Part shown: in pieces, positions 1 through 20,261 of the stretch
Layout of the letters: each line of letters starts with the position of its first letter
How positions within the stretch are numbered: position 1 is the stretch's first letter
Origin: Alphaproteobacteria bacterium
GTDB lineage: Bacteria; Pseudomonadota; Alphaproteobacteria; Rhizobiales; Aestuariivirgaceae
NCBI GenBank assembly: GCA_024639035.1
Contig: JAHEJE010000001.1
Span: 1-40,143, forward strand
Direction of reading: 5' to 3'
DNA: 40,143 nt
The notes under the pieces: generated by a model
Databases searched by the model: none
What the model was told of the DNA's origin: nothing
The model's input: the letters and a program-made list of their open reading frames with translations, nothing else
Position numbers and translations under genes: made by a program

Positions 1-100
1 TTAAAACCAATTCTCGTGATGACCGGGTGATGACCGATTTCATAATCAAATAGCGAAGCAAATTTGATAATTTGTAAGGCGTTGATATGGCTGTTTTAAT

Positions 101-176
<76 letters not shown>

Positions 177-269
177 GTTCGGGGCAGGGTGGTCGCCTGC
201 CGAAACGGGTCTTGTCTAGAGAGCTTCGCTGCGTTGCGCAAGTGTGACGATGGATGGGATCGCCTGTTT

Positions 270-1016
270 TCAGCGCCTGACCAGCGCATACAGCGCCAGC
301 GCCGCCGCGTTCGATACGTTCAGGCTGGTCAGCGTGCCGGGCAGGTCAAGGCGCACCATTGCATCGCAGCTCTTTCGGGTCAGCTGCCGCAGGCCCTTGC
401 CCTCGGCGCCCAAGACCACCGCATGCGGGCCGGGCAGGGACATCTGCTCGATGGTGGCGGGGGCTTCGCTGTCGAGCCCGATGACGGCGAACCCGGCATC
501 CTTGAGCTGCTCGATGGCCCGGGCCAGATTGGTGACCTTGACGATTGCGACATGCTCAAGCGCCCCCGAGGCCGATTTGGCAAGTACGGCGGATGCCTCC
601 GGGCTGTGCCGCGCGGTCATGACCACCGCCTTGACCCCGAAGGCCGCGCACGACCGCACGATGGCGCCGACGTTGTGTGGATCGGTGACCTGGTCGAGCA
701 CCACCACCGGTCCATCGGCGCCGATGCTCTCAAGGTCGGGCTGGGCCAGGGGAGCGGCCTCGATGACGATGCCCTGATGCACTGCCCCCGGCCCGGTGAG
801 CCGGTCGATATCGGCCGGACGCAGGATCTCGATCCGTCCTTCGACCGCCTTGAGATCGTCGCCCAGCCGTTCCGCCATGTTGCGGGTCACGTGCACCTGG
901 TGGACAACGCGCTTGCTGTTACGCAATGCTGCGACGGCCGGATGGAAACCGTAGATGATTTCGCGCGAGCGCGGCGGAACCTGGCGGATTCGACGTGATT
1001 CTTTCCTGGCACCCAT
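270..1016 (-). CDS. rlmB: SpoU/TrmH-family 23S rRNA (guanosine-2'-O)-methyltransferase (RlmB-like)
   Basis: 248-aa ORF. The N-terminal substrate-binding region (IYGFHPAVAAL) and the C-terminal SpoU methylase region (LDQVTDPHNVGAIVRSCAAFG ... VLGAEGKGLR ... IPGTLTSLNVSNAAALALY) are typical of RlmB/TrmH. Confidence 0.88.
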   Translation of the reverse strand: MGARKESRRIRQVPPRSREIIYGFHPAVAALRNSKRVVHQVHVTRNMAERLGDDLKAVEGRIEILRPADIDRLTGPGAVHQGIVIEAAPLAQPDLESIGADGPVVVLDQVTDPHNVGAIVRSCAAFGVKAVVMTARHSPEASAVLAKSASGALEHVAIVKVTNLARAIEQLKDAGFAVIGLDSEAPATIEQMSLPGPHAVVLGAEGKGLRQLTRKSCDAMVRLDLPGTLTSLNVSNAAALALYALVRR

Positions 1017-1136
1017 GATCCCTTGTCCCTATATCCTGTTTGGACTGTTCAAGCAGCGAATTTCTGGTTGTTTGGGGCGTTGGCCACGAAACGTCAACTT
1101 TTTGACCCGTGGCCGTTTTTCCGGACCCGTTTGAGG

Positions 1137-1165
1137 TTGACAGCACAGCAATGTCAAAGCATAAA
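1137..1165 (+). promoter_or_regulatory. Candidate sigma70 promoter for the tRNA-Tyr/tRNA-Gly/tuf unit (TTGACA-N17-CATAAA)
   Basis: TTGACA at 1137-1142, a 17-nt spacer, then CATAAA at 1160-1165, about 95 nt upstream of tRNA-Tyr. This is a motif match only. Confidence 0.3.
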
Positions 1166-1261
1166 GCGGCCATGTAAGCCCGGTTCAAACAGCCGGGCCA
1201 ATAGTTTTGCGCGCAGTCGTGCTGAAAACCCAATTCCAGGGACCGCCAGTATACATCAAAA

Positions 1262-1346
1262 GGAGGGGTGCCCGAGTGGCTAAAGGGGACGGGCTGTAAA
1301 CCCGTTGGCTATGCCTACGTTGGTTCGAATCCAACCCCCTCCACCA
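1262..1346 (+). tRNA. tRNA-Tyr (anticodon GTA)
   Basis: GGAGGGG acceptor stem pairs with CCCCTCC, followed by A-CCA. The anticodon arm is ACGGG-CTGTAAA-CCCGT. The long variable arm and 85-nt length fit a class II tRNA-Tyr. Confidence 0.93.
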
Positions 1347-1410
1347 AGGTCTGGCTTGGAATTGCAGCGCCCGGAAAACGCGAACGAGAGGTAAATCGAC
1401 GAACGTCATG

Positions 1411-1484
1411 GCGGGTGTAGCTCAATGGTAGAGCAACAGCCTTCCAAGCTGAAGATGGGGGTTCGATTCCCCTCACCCGCTCCA
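1411..1484 (+). tRNA. tRNA-Gly (anticodon TCC)
   Basis: GCGGGTG acceptor stem pairs with CACCCGC, followed by T-CCA. The anticodon loop is CTTCCAA and the T loop is TTCGATT. Length is 74 nt. Confidence 0.92.
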
Positions 1485-1602
1485 GGTTTGCGAGGCAAGG
1501 CCCACATGACCGGCGCGAATGTTTCGCCAAACGCCTTCCCACGGAGGCAGCAAACGCAAGGCTCGGGAGATTGGACCCCGGTGCGAATGTAAGGAAGCAA
1601 AG

Positions 1603-2795
<1,193 letters not shown>

Positions 2796-2861
2796 GGCCG
2801 GAAGACACAGGACTGAAGACAGGGGACGGAATTTCGATCGTCGGTCTTCAGAACTCAGACA

Positions 2862-2937
<76 letters not shown>

Positions 2938-3027
2938 GATTGAAGATCGGATCCCGAGTCACAATATAGGTGGTCCGTTGAAACAGAGGTTGGCGCCGGA
3001 CTGCCGGGCGCTGCAGGATTGGTTGAA

Positions 3028-3228
3028 ATGGCAAAGTCGAAAACGAACCCGTTTGAGTTCATTCAGCAGGTTCGACAGGAGACCAGCAAGGTAACCTGGC
3101 CGACGCGGCGTGAAACCGTGATCACGACCGTCATGGTGCTGATCATGGTCACCCTGGCGTCGATATTCTTCGTCGGCGTGGATACCGTCCTGCGCTGGGC
3201 GGTCAATCTGGTTCTGTACGGCAATTAG
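3028..3228 (+). CDS. secE: Preprotein translocase subunit SecE
   Basis: MAKSKTNPFEFIQQVRQETSKVTWPTRRET followed by a single TM helix. It lies directly upstream of nusG. ATG at 3028 is preferred over the ORF-track TTG at 3019 because AGGA lies 9 nt upstream. Confidence 0.9.
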   Translation: MAKSKTNPFEFIQQVRQETSKVTWPTRRETVITTVMVLIMVTLASIFFVGVDTVLRWAVNLVLYGN

Positions 3229-3251
3229 AAACGGCGGCTGGTGAAAGCACA

Positions 3252-3782
3252 ATGACCAAGCGGTGGTATATCGTTCACGCGTACTCGAACTTCGAGAAGA
3301 AAGTCGCCGAATCGATCAAGGAGCAGGCTGCCGCCAGCGGTCTGGACGACCTGTTTGAAGAGGTTTTGGTGCCGACCGAGGAAGTCGTGGAAATGCGCCG
3401 CGGCCGCAAGGTGGCCAGCGAGCGGCGGTTTTTTCCCGGCTACGTGCTGGTCAAGATGGAGATGACAGATCAGGCCTATCATCTGATCAAGAATACCCCC
3501 AAGGTGACGGGATTCCTTGGGTCTGACAACAAACCGATCGCGATTTCGGAAGAAGAGGCGACCCGTATCCTGCACCAGGTGCAGGAAGGCGTCGAGCGCC
3601 CGCGGCCGATGATCACGTTCGAAATCGGCGAGCAGGTTCGTGTCGCCGATGGACCTTTTGCCTCGTTCAACGGTTTGGTTGAAGAGGTCGATGACGAGCG
3701 CGCCAGGGTAAAGGTTGCCGTGTCGATTTTCGGCCGCCCGACCCCGGTCGAGCTTGAATTTGGACAAGTGGAAAAACTCTGA
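3252..3782 (+). CDS. nusG: Transcription termination/antitermination factor NusG
   Basis: 176 aa. The NGN domain begins MTKRWYIVHAYSNFEKKV and the C-terminal KOW motif is GEQVRVADGPFASFNGLVEEVD. Confidence 0.97.
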   Translation: MTKRWYIVHAYSNFEKKVAESIKEQAAASGLDDLFEEVLVPTEEVVEMRRGRKVASERRFFPGYVLVKMEMTDQAYHLIKNTPKVTGFLGSDNKPIAISEEEATRILHQVQEGVERPRPMITFEIGEQVRVADGPFASFNGLVEEVDDERARVKVAVSIFGRPTPVELEFGQVEKL

Positions 3783-3920
3783 GCGATCAGGGTTTTGCAC
3801 GTGTCTGTTAAACCGGTGGGAGGTGCTGCCTTGGCGTTGCCATGCTGAAGGCGGACCGGACCACCAAACCTCAGCCTTAGGGCACCGCTGACCCGGCGCC
3901 CGTAAGAGGAAGCACGAGAG

Positions 3921-4349
3921 ATGGCAAAGAAGATTGCAGGCTACATCAAGCTGCAGGTTCCAGCCGGTCAGGCCAACCCGTCGCCGCCAATCGGTCCGGC
4001 TCTGGGTCAACGTGGCGTGAACATCATGGAATTCTGCAAGGCATTCAATGCGGCGACGCAAAATGCCGAACAGGGATCGCCGATCCCGACGGTGATCACC
4101 GTGTTCCAGGACAAGTCGTTCGTCTTCGACATGAAGACGCCACCGGCGTCCTACTTTTTGAAGAAGGCGGCAAATTTGAACAAGGGTTCGCAGGAGCCTG
4201 GCCGCGAAGTGGCCGGCAAGGTCACCGCCAAGCAGGTGCGTGAGATTGCCGAGCAGAAGATGGTCGATCTGAACGCCCGCGATCTCGATCAGGCGGCAAA
4301 GATCATTGCCGGTTCCGCCCGCTCGATGGGCTTGGAAGTCGTGGGGTAG
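3921..4349 (+). CDS. rplK: 50S ribosomal protein L11
   Basis: [44 protein letters not shown] is the L11 signature. Confidence 0.98.
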   Translation: MAKKIAGYIKLQVPAGQANPSPPIGPALGQRGVNIMEFCKAFNAATQNAEQGSPIPTVITVFQDKSFVFDMKTPPASYFLKKAANLNKGSQEPGREVAGKVTAKQVREIAEQKMVDLNARDLDQAAKIIAGSARSMGLEVVG

Positions 4350-4354
4350 GGCAG

Positions 4355-5050
4355 ATGGCAAAGCAAGCAAAGAGAATTCGCAAAAACCTGGACGGCCTGG
4401 AACGCGGCAAGCCGTACGCTCTGGCCGAGGCCGTTGCCCTGATCAAGGAGCGGGCCAACGCGAAGTTTGATGAATCGATCGAGATCGCGATGAACCTGGG
4501 CGTCGATCCGCGCCATGCCGACCAGATGGTGCGTGGCGTCTGCCAGTTGCCGAACGGATCCGGCAAGTCGGTGCGTGTCGCCGTGTTCGCCAAGGATGCC
4601 AAGGCCGATGAGGCCAAGCAGGCGGGCGCCGACATCGTCGGTGCCGAAGACCTGATGGAGAGCATCCAGAAGGGCAAGATCGACTTCGACCGCTGCATCG
4701 CGACGCCGGATATGATGCCGCTGGTCGGCCGGTTGGGTAAGGTTCTCGGCCCGCGTGGTCTGATGCCGAACCCCAAGGTCGGCACGGTAACGCCGGATGT
4801 TGCGGCCGCCGTTACGGCGGCCAAGGGCGGTGCCGTGGAGTTTCGCGTCGAGAAAGCCGGCATCATCCATGCCGGTGTTGGCAAGGCCAGCTTTGCCAAC
4901 GATGCCCTGGAAGGCAACATCAAGGCATTCGTCGATGCCGTAATGAAGGCCAAGCCGACCGGCGCCAAGGGAACCTATGTCAAGAAGCTGTCCCTGACGT
5001 CGACCATGGGCCCTGGCCTGAGCGTGGACATAGCAAGCGTTTCCGCCTGA
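4355..5050 (+). CDS. rplA: 50S ribosomal protein L1
   Basis: 231 aa with L1-typical [24 protein letters not shown] and [15 protein letters not shown]. It follows rplK. Confidence 0.98.
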   Translation: MAKQAKRIRKNLDGLERGKPYALAEAVALIKERANAKFDESIEIAMNLGVDPRHADQMVRGVCQLPNGSGKSVRVAVFAKDAKADEAKQAGADIVGAEDLMESIQKGKIDFDRCIATPDMMPLVGRLGKVLGPRGLMPNPKVGTVTPDVAAAVTAAKGGAVEFRVEKAGIIHAGVGKASFANDALEGNIKAFVDAVMKAKPTGAKGTYVKKLSLTSTMGPGLSVDIASVSA

Positions 5051-5463
5051 CCGGCGTGAAAGCGTTTGCAAGCAAGCAATTCCGGTCAGGCGTAATACCA
5101 CGCGCCTGACCGGTACGGTCGTTTCAGCCCAGGCTGGAGTGGCCGATTTGAAGACCTGTCCGAGATTGCAGGTGGAGACCGGGGGACGAAACCCGCTGGT
5201 CTGCTTAAACCACCGGCCTGCATGAGATGGGTGTGAAAACGGATCGTAACTGGACACGCGTCCAAGACGGTCGGTTTGAACCTCACGGGACCTGAACCGG
5301 AGCACTGCTTTCGGAACGGGCGACAGGCAAGTGAGTGCCGCTTCGGCGATGCTCATCTGCCGGAACACCGGTCGGTGTGTATCAGCGTTGAAGCGGTTGG
5401 TCCAACCGCCTGACGGCATCGCGAATGCTCGCGGTGTCCCGAAAGGCAAAATGGAGAGAGCAA
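5051..5463 (+). promoter_or_regulatory. Long rplA-rplJ spacer, probable rplJL promoter and L10-leader region
   Basis: 413 nt of noncoding sequence with several strong hairpins upstream of rplJ. In E. coli the rplJ leader is the L10(L12)4 autoregulatory target. Assigning the same role here rests on position only. Confidence 0.35.
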
Positions 5464-5979
5464 GTGGATAGAGCTGAAAAGAAAAAGCTCGTAACGGCGC
5501 TCAACCAGGTGTTTTCAACCACCGGCGTTGTTGTCGTTACCCACAATCTGGGCCTGACGGTCTCGCAGATGAACAATCTGCGCGGTCAGATGGCCGAGGC
5601 GGGTGGCAACGTCAAGGTTGCCAAGAACCGCCTTGCCAAGATTGCTCTTGAAGGCACGGACGCTGCCGGATTGCAGGAACTGTTCACCGGTCCAACGGTG
5701 GTCATGTACTCCGATGATCCGGTTGCGGCACCCAAGATCGTCGCAGAGTTTGCCAAGAAGAACGAAAAGCTCGTTGTTCTCGGCGGTGCTCTGGGGCCGA
5801 CGATGCTGGATGTCGACGGCGTCAAGGCGCTCGCCGAACTGCCGTCGCTCGATGAACTGCGGGCCAAGCTGGTCGGCATGATCAGCACACCTGCGACCCG
5901 CATCGCCGGCGTTTTGCAGGCGCCTGCCGGTCAACTCGCAAGGGTGATGGGCGCATATGCCTCCAAGGAAGCGGCCTGA
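5464..5979 (+). CDS. rplJ: 50S ribosomal protein L10
   Basis: L10 sequence (V)[39 protein letters not shown]. The GTG at 5464 is preceded by GGAGAG. The ORF-track start at 5425 adds an atypical 13-aa extension. Confidence 0.92.
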   Translation: MDRAEKKKLVTALNQVFSTTGVVVVTHNLGLTVSQMNNLRGQMAEAGGNVKVAKNRLAKIALEGTDAAGLQELFTGPTVVMYSDDPVAAPKIVAEFAKKNEKLVVLGGALGPTMLDVDGVKALAELPSLDELRAKLVGMISTPATRIAGVLQAPAGQLARVMGAYASKEAA

Positions 5980-6032
5980 AGGCCTGATTGAAACTTGAAC
6001 TGGTTCAAACCGATTAAAAGTGAGAAGTGAAA

Positions 6033-6410
6033 ATGGCTGATATTGAAAAAATTGCTGAAGAACTGTCAGGCCTGACGGTGATGGAAGCCGCTGAGCTGTC
6101 CAAGCTGCTGGAAGAGAAATGGGGTGTATCGGCTGCCGCTCCGGTTGCCGTTGCCGCCGCTCCCGGTGCTGGCGGCGATGCCGCCGTGGTCGAGGAAAAG
6201 GACGAGTTCGACGTTGTCCTTGCTTCGTTCGGCGAAAAGAAAATCGACGTCATCAAGGTGGTCCGTGCCATTACCGCACTTGGCCTGAAAGAAGCCAAAG
6301 ACCTTGTTGAAGCCGCACCGAAGGCGATCAAGGAAGGCGTTGCCAAAGCTGAAGCCGAGGAGATCAAAGGCAAGCTCGAAGCGGCCGGTGCCTCTGTTGA
6401 GCTGAAGTAG
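6033..6410 (+). CDS. rplL: 50S ribosomal protein L7/L12
   Basis: [32 protein letters not shown], an Ala/Gly hinge, then the C-terminal domain ending GASVELK. ATG at 6033 is preferred over the GTG at 6027. Confidence 0.97.
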   Translation: MADIEKIAEELSGLTVMEAAELSKLLEEKWGVSAAAPVAVAAAPGAGGDAAVVEEKDEFDVVLASFGEKKIDVIKVVRAITALGLKEAKDLVEAAPKAIKEGVAKAEAEEIKGKLEAAGASVELK

Positions 6411-6424
6411 TTCGATCGACAATC

Positions 6425-6470
6425 GCATCCCGGCGGTCCGACGGCCGCCGGGATGCAGAAGATTTTGTTT
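6425..6470 (+). terminator. Hairpin plus T-tract attenuator between rplL and rpoB
   Basis: Perfect 12-bp GC-rich stem: GCATCCCGGCGG at 6425-6436 pairs with CCGCCGGGATGC at 6445-6456. AGAAGATTTTGTTT follows. The position matches the known partial terminator of the rplJL-rpoBC operon. Confidence 0.5.
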
Positions 6471-6579
6471 GAGTATAGCAACTGATTTTCATCGCCGTGT
6501 TCGGCCCTGGCTGGTGTTGACCGGCTGAACACGCGAAATGACGTCCGGGCCAGCCCGGACTCCTGGCGAAGGAACTGAC

Positions 6580-10671
<4,092 letters not shown>

Positions 10672-10801
10672 GTGTTTTGCCGGCGCCGGGTTCAGAAATC
10701 CGGCGCCGGTTTGAAGAATTGATTGTCAGTTGTGTTTGCGAACACAAGACTGAAAGCCCACACGCGGATTGCCCGATCCGCAAACAGGAGTGGAAAGCCC
10801 G

Positions 10802-14974
<4,173 letters not shown>

Positions 14975-15000
14975 TCTCTGCCGCAATCGACACACAATAA

Positions 15001-15036
15001 AAGCCGCCCGCGGAAACATCCGTCGGGCGGTTTTTC
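15001..15036. terminator. Bidirectional intrinsic terminator between convergent rpoC and the VOC gene
   Basis: Stem CCGCCCG-CGG at 15004-15013 pairs with CCG-(T)-CGGGCGG at 15020-15030. An A-run (AATAAAA) lies upstream and TTTTTC downstream, so a U-tract is available on both strands. Confidence 0.8.
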
Positions 15037-15062
15037 ATTTCTGTGTCAAAGTCACATCGGAT

Positions 15063-15470
15063 TTAGTGGGGCAGGGTCTGCGCCAGTGCGTGCCCGCTTT
15101 CGGGTTGAATGAGACCGATCAGTGCGCCTGAGGCATCGCTGACCACGGCAAGTTGGCCGACCCCGGCAATATGCGTGGCCGGACGCATGACTTCGCCGCC
15201 TGCATGGACCGTCGCCCGCTCGGCATGGGCAATGTCCGGCACTGCCATATAGGTCATCCAGTGCGACGGAATTCCGTTGTAATCCGGGTCCTTGAGGCCA
15301 AAAACGCCGCCCACCGGTGCACCTTCCTTGCTGGCGATCCAGTACTCGCTGCCGTCCGGCAGCTCAGCGTCCTCGAACTCCCACCCCAGCGTGCGGCCAT
15401 AGAATGCCAGCGCCGATTCCGGTTCCCAGGTGTTAAGTTCGTGCCACCATGTACGCGTTGACTGGTCCAT
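15063..15470 (-). CDS. VOC (glyoxalase/bleomycin-resistance/dioxygenase) superfamily protein
   Basis: WWHELNTWEPESALAFYGRTLGWEF ... WMTYMAVPDIAHAERATVHAGGEVMRPATHIAGVGQLAVVSDASGALIGL resembles the single-domain VOC proteins of the COG3324 type. Start is uncertain: ATG at 15470 lies 9 nt after GGGAG, and the ORF-track GTG is at 15491. Confidence 0.7.
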   Translation of the reverse strand: MDQSTRTWWHELNTWEPESALAFYGRTLGWEFEDAELPDGSEYWIASKEGAPVGGVFGLKDPDYNGIPSHWMTYMAVPDIAHAERATVHAGGEVMRPATHIAGVGQLAVVSDASGALIGLIQPESGHALAQTLPH

Positions 15471-15689
15471 ACTCATCATCTCCCGTTCCACTTACATGCC
15501 GTCGCGGCGAATTATGCCCGCCCGGCCGCGGCGACCGTATGACCGCAATTTGCCCCCCAGGTGGAGAAAACAAGGCATCACTATGGTCGCTTGTGCAGTG
15601 CAAAATCAGAAATCGATGTATTTCGCACTTGCAAAAACACAACCGGCGCAATAGATACCGTTCGGTCCCTAAATCACCGGATTCGCGGC

Positions 15690-15741
15690 TAAAATTTTAA
15701 TCATGCCGGGGCTTGACGATGTTGGGTTCGATGGGTATGTT
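15690..15741 (+). promoter_or_regulatory. Candidate str-operon promoter with an AT-rich UP-like element
   Basis: CTTGAC at 15712-15717, an 18-nt spacer, then TATGTT at 15736-15741. The 10-bp AT palindrome TAAAATTTTA at 15690-15699 precedes it. This resembles the alphaproteobacterial CTTGAC-N17-CTATAT consensus. Motif match only. Confidence 0.4.
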
Positions 15742-15986
15742 CGCGCCGACTTTCGGGTGGTAAGCCGTAAGTGCCTTGAGCACTTAGACGTTGCCGGAAA
15801 GCAAGCGAATAGAGATCAGGACATGACCTCGTAGCCGGTGCGCTATGCGGTCCTCTGGTTTTGGAAGTGCTGGGTATCGTCTGGACCGGATGCCGCAGCG
15901 CTTTTTATTCATGCGCAACAGCGCGCATGGGCGAACGGTCCGTGGAAAATTGGAATTAACTAGGGTCTGAAAGAGCACAGCTCGAT

Positions 15987-16358
15987 ATGCCGACGATCAA
16001 TCAGCTCATCCGCAAGCCGCGCACCGCGCCGCTCAAGCGCAACAAGGTTCCGGCGATGCAGGCATGCCCGCAGAAGCGGGGCGTTTGCACGCGCGTCTAC
16101 ACCACCACGCCGAAAAAGCCGAACTCGGCGCTGCGCAAGGTCGCGCGCGTTCGCTTGACCAATGGCTTTGAGGTGACCAGTTACATCCCCGGTGAGGGCC
16201 ACAATCTCCAGGAGCACTCGGTGGTCATGATCCGCGGCGGCCGCGTCAAGGATCTTCCCGGCGTGCGTTACCACATCATTCGCGGCGTACTCGACACCCA
16301 GGGTGTCTCGAGCCGTCGTCAGCGCCGTTCCAAGTACGGCGCCAAGCGTCCGAAATAA
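15987..16358 (+). CDS. rpsL: 30S ribosomal protein S12
   Basis: [12 protein letters not shown] ... [18 protein letters not shown] ... [13 protein letters not shown] is the S12 signature. Length is 123 aa. Confidence 0.98.
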   Translation: MPTINQLIRKPRTAPLKRNKVPAMQACPQKRGVCTRVYTTTPKKPNSALRKVARVRLTNGFEVTSYIPGEGHNLQEHSVVMIRGGRVKDLPGVRYHIIRGVLDTQGVSSRRQRRSKYGAKRPK

Positions 16359-16378
16359 GCGGTTCGTTGAGAGGTTAA

Positions 16379-16855
<477 letters not shown>

Positions 16856-16876
16856 ATATCTACGGAGATCAGGCAC

Positions 16877-18949
16877 ATGGCCCGCACGAACAATATCGAA
16901 GACTATCGCAACTTTGGCATCATGGCGCACATCGACGCCGGCAAGACCACGGTGACCGAGCGGATTCTGTTCTATTCCGGCAAGAGCCACAAGATCGGTG
17001 AAGTGCACGACGGCGCTGCAACCATGGACTTCATGGAGCAGGAACAGGAGCGCGGCATCACGATTACCTCCGCCGCCACCACGACCTATTGGCTGGATCA
17101 CCGGCTGAACATCATCGACACCCCCGGCCACGTCGACTTCACCATTGAGGTCGAGCGCTCGCTTCGCGTGCTCGACGGCGCCGTCTGTGTGCTGGATTCC
17201 AACGCCGGTGTCGAACCGCAGACCGAGACGGTCTGGCGCCAGGGCGACAAATACAAGGTGCCGCGCATTGTCTTTTGCAACAAGATGGACAAAATCGGCG
17301 CCGACTTCGATCAGTGTCTGGGCGACATCAAGGAGCGCCTTGGCGCCCGCCCGATCGCCATCCAGCTGCCGATCGGTGCCGAGGATGAATTCAAGGGTAT
17401 CATCGACCTGGTGCGGATGCGGGCCGTTGTCTGGGAAGACGAACATCTCGGCGCTGAATTCCACGAAGAGGAAATCCCGGCCGACCTGAAGGACAAGGCC
17501 GAGGCCGCCCGCGTCGAGATGATCGAGGCTTGTGTTGAGCTCGATGAAGGTGCCATGGAAGCCTATCTCGGCGGCGACGAGCCGTCAGTCGAGACCATCG
17601 ATGCGTTGTTGCGCAAGGCGGTCATCGGCGGTGACTTCTTCCCGGTGCTTTGCGGCTCGGCGTTCAAGAACAAGGGTGTTCAGACCCTGCTCGATGCGGT
17701 TGTTGCTTATCTGCCATCGCCATTGGACGTTCCGGCCATCAAGGGTGTCGACCCCAAGACCGAAGAAGACGTGGTCCGCCGCTCGGCCGACGACGAGCCG
17801 ATGTCGATGCTGGCCTTCAAGCTGATGGACGACCCGTATGGCGTGCTGACATTCGCCCGGATCTACTCCGGCAAGGTCTCCAAGGGTTCGACCGTCCTGA
17901 ATTCGACCAAGGGCAAGACCGACCGCATCGGTCGCATGGTTCTCATGCATGCCAACAGCCGCGAGGAAATTTCCGAGGCTCACGCCGGCGACATCATCGC
18001 TCTGGTGGGCCTCAAAGAAGCCCGTACCGGCGACACGATCTGCGACATGGCCAAGCCGGTCATTCTGGAGAAGATGGATTTCCCCGATCCGGTCATCGCC
18101 AAGTCGGTCGAGCCGAAATCCAAGGCCGATCAGGAAAAACTCGGCATGGCGCTGGCCAAGCTGGCCAATGAAGATCCGTCGTTCTACGTCTCGACCGATC
18201 AGGAATCGGGCCAGACGATCATTCAGGGCATGGGCGAGCTGCACCTCGACATCAAGGTCGACATCCTGCGTCGCCAGTTCAAGATCGACGCCAATGTCGG
18301 CGCCCCTCAGGTGGCTTACCGCGAGACCATCACCAGGAATTGCGATGTCGATTACACGCACAAGAAGCAATCCGGTGGGTCGGGTCAGTTTGCCCGCGTG
18401 AAGGTAACCCTTGAGCCTGGCGAAAAGGGTTCGGGTTTTGTCTTCGAGGACACCGTCACCGGCGGCAACGTACCCAAGGAATACATCCCCGCAGTGCAAA
18501 AAGGCATGGCTTCGGTCATGGGCTCTGGCGTCGTTGCCGGCTTCCCCGTGGTCGATGTGATCGCCAAGTTGTATGACGGCGCCTACCACGACGTTGACTC
18601 ATCGGCCGTTGCCTTCGAAATCGCCGGCCGTGCCGCGATGCGCGAGGCCATGCAGAAGGCCGGTGCGATCCTGCTGGAGCCGATCATGAAGGTCGAGGTC
18701 ACATCGCCCGAAGAATATCTCGGCGGCGTCATCGGCGACCTGAATTCGCGGCGCGGACAGATTGCCGGCACCGACAGCCGCGGCAACGCCCAGATCGTCA
18801 ACGCCATGGTGCCATTGGCCAACATGTTCGGTTATGTCGACAACCTGCGCTCGATGAGCCAGGGCCGCGCCAATTACACAATGCAGTTCGACCATTATTC
18901 CGAAGTGCCGCGCAATGTGGCCGAGGAAGTGGTTGCAAAGTACGCCTGA
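16877..18949 (+). CDS. fusA: Elongation factor G
   Basis: 690 aa with [23 protein letters not shown] and NKMD GTPase motifs plus EF-G domains III-V. Confidence 0.98.
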   Translation: MARTNNIEDYRNFGIMAHIDAGKTTVTERILFYSGKSHKIGEVHDGAATMDFMEQEQERGITITSAATTTYWLDHRLNIIDTPGHVDFTIEVERSLRVLDGAVCVLDSNAGVEPQTETVWRQGDKYKVPRIVFCNKMDKIGADFDQCLGDIKERLGARPIAIQLPIGAEDEFKGIIDLVRMRAVVWEDEHLGAEFHEEEIPADLKDKAEAARVEMIEACVELDEGAMEAYLGGDEPSVETIDALLRKAVIGGDFFPVLCGSAFKNKGVQTLLDAVVAYLPSPLDVPAIKGVDPKTEEDVVRRSADDEPMSMLAFKLMDDPYGVLTFARIYSGKVSKGSTVLNSTKGKTDRIGRMVLMHANSREEISEAHAGDIIALVGLKEARTGDTICDMAKPVILEKMDFPDPVIAKSVEPKSKADQEKLGMALAKLANEDPSFYVSTDQESGQTIIQGMGELHLDIKVDILRRQFKIDANVGAPQVAYRETITRNCDVDYTHKKQSGGSGQFARVKVTLEPGEKGSGFVFEDTVTGGNVPKEYIPAVQKGMASVMGSGVVAGFPVVDVIAKLYDGAYHDVDSSAVAFEIAGRAAMREAMQKAGAILLEPIMKVEVTSPEEYLGGVIGDLNSRRGQIAGTDSRGNAQIVNAMVPLANMFGYVDNLRSMSQGRANYTMQFDHYSEVPRNVAEEVVAKYA

Positions 18950-19010
18950 GGTCAGGCGAGCGTCTAATAAAGAGCCAACTCTAGCAAGAGAACTGAGTTA
19001 CGGAGATTAG

Positions 19011-20203
<1,193 letters not shown>

Positions 20204-20216
20204 CGATTGGCAATCA

Positions 20217-20248
20217 GGCGCCGGATACAAAACCGGCGTTTGATTTTA
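20217..20248 (+). terminator. Weak hairpin plus T-rich tract between tuf and rpsJ (possible attenuator)
   Basis: GGCGCCGG at 20217-20224 pairs with CCGGCGTT at 20233-20240 (6 Watson-Crick pairs and 2 G-U pairs) around an 8-nt loop. TTTGATTTTA runs from the 3' end of the stem (20239-20248). Only 58 nt separate tuf from rpsJ. Confidence 0.3.
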
Positions 20249-20261
20249 TGGGATCTGGAAA

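Noticed and set aside
3225-5449. Two long minus-strand ORFs (3225-4370 and 4289-5449) spanning nusG, rplK, rplA and the rplJ leader
   Set aside because: They overlap several well-supported + strand genes and have no family resemblance. They are typical antisense ORFs of high-GC DNA.
15430-15978. Several 60-105-aa ORFs on both strands in the VOC-rpsL spacer
   Set aside because: I found no ribosome-binding sites or coding-like composition. They overlap one another and have no recognisable motifs. The region is better interpreted as promoter and leader.
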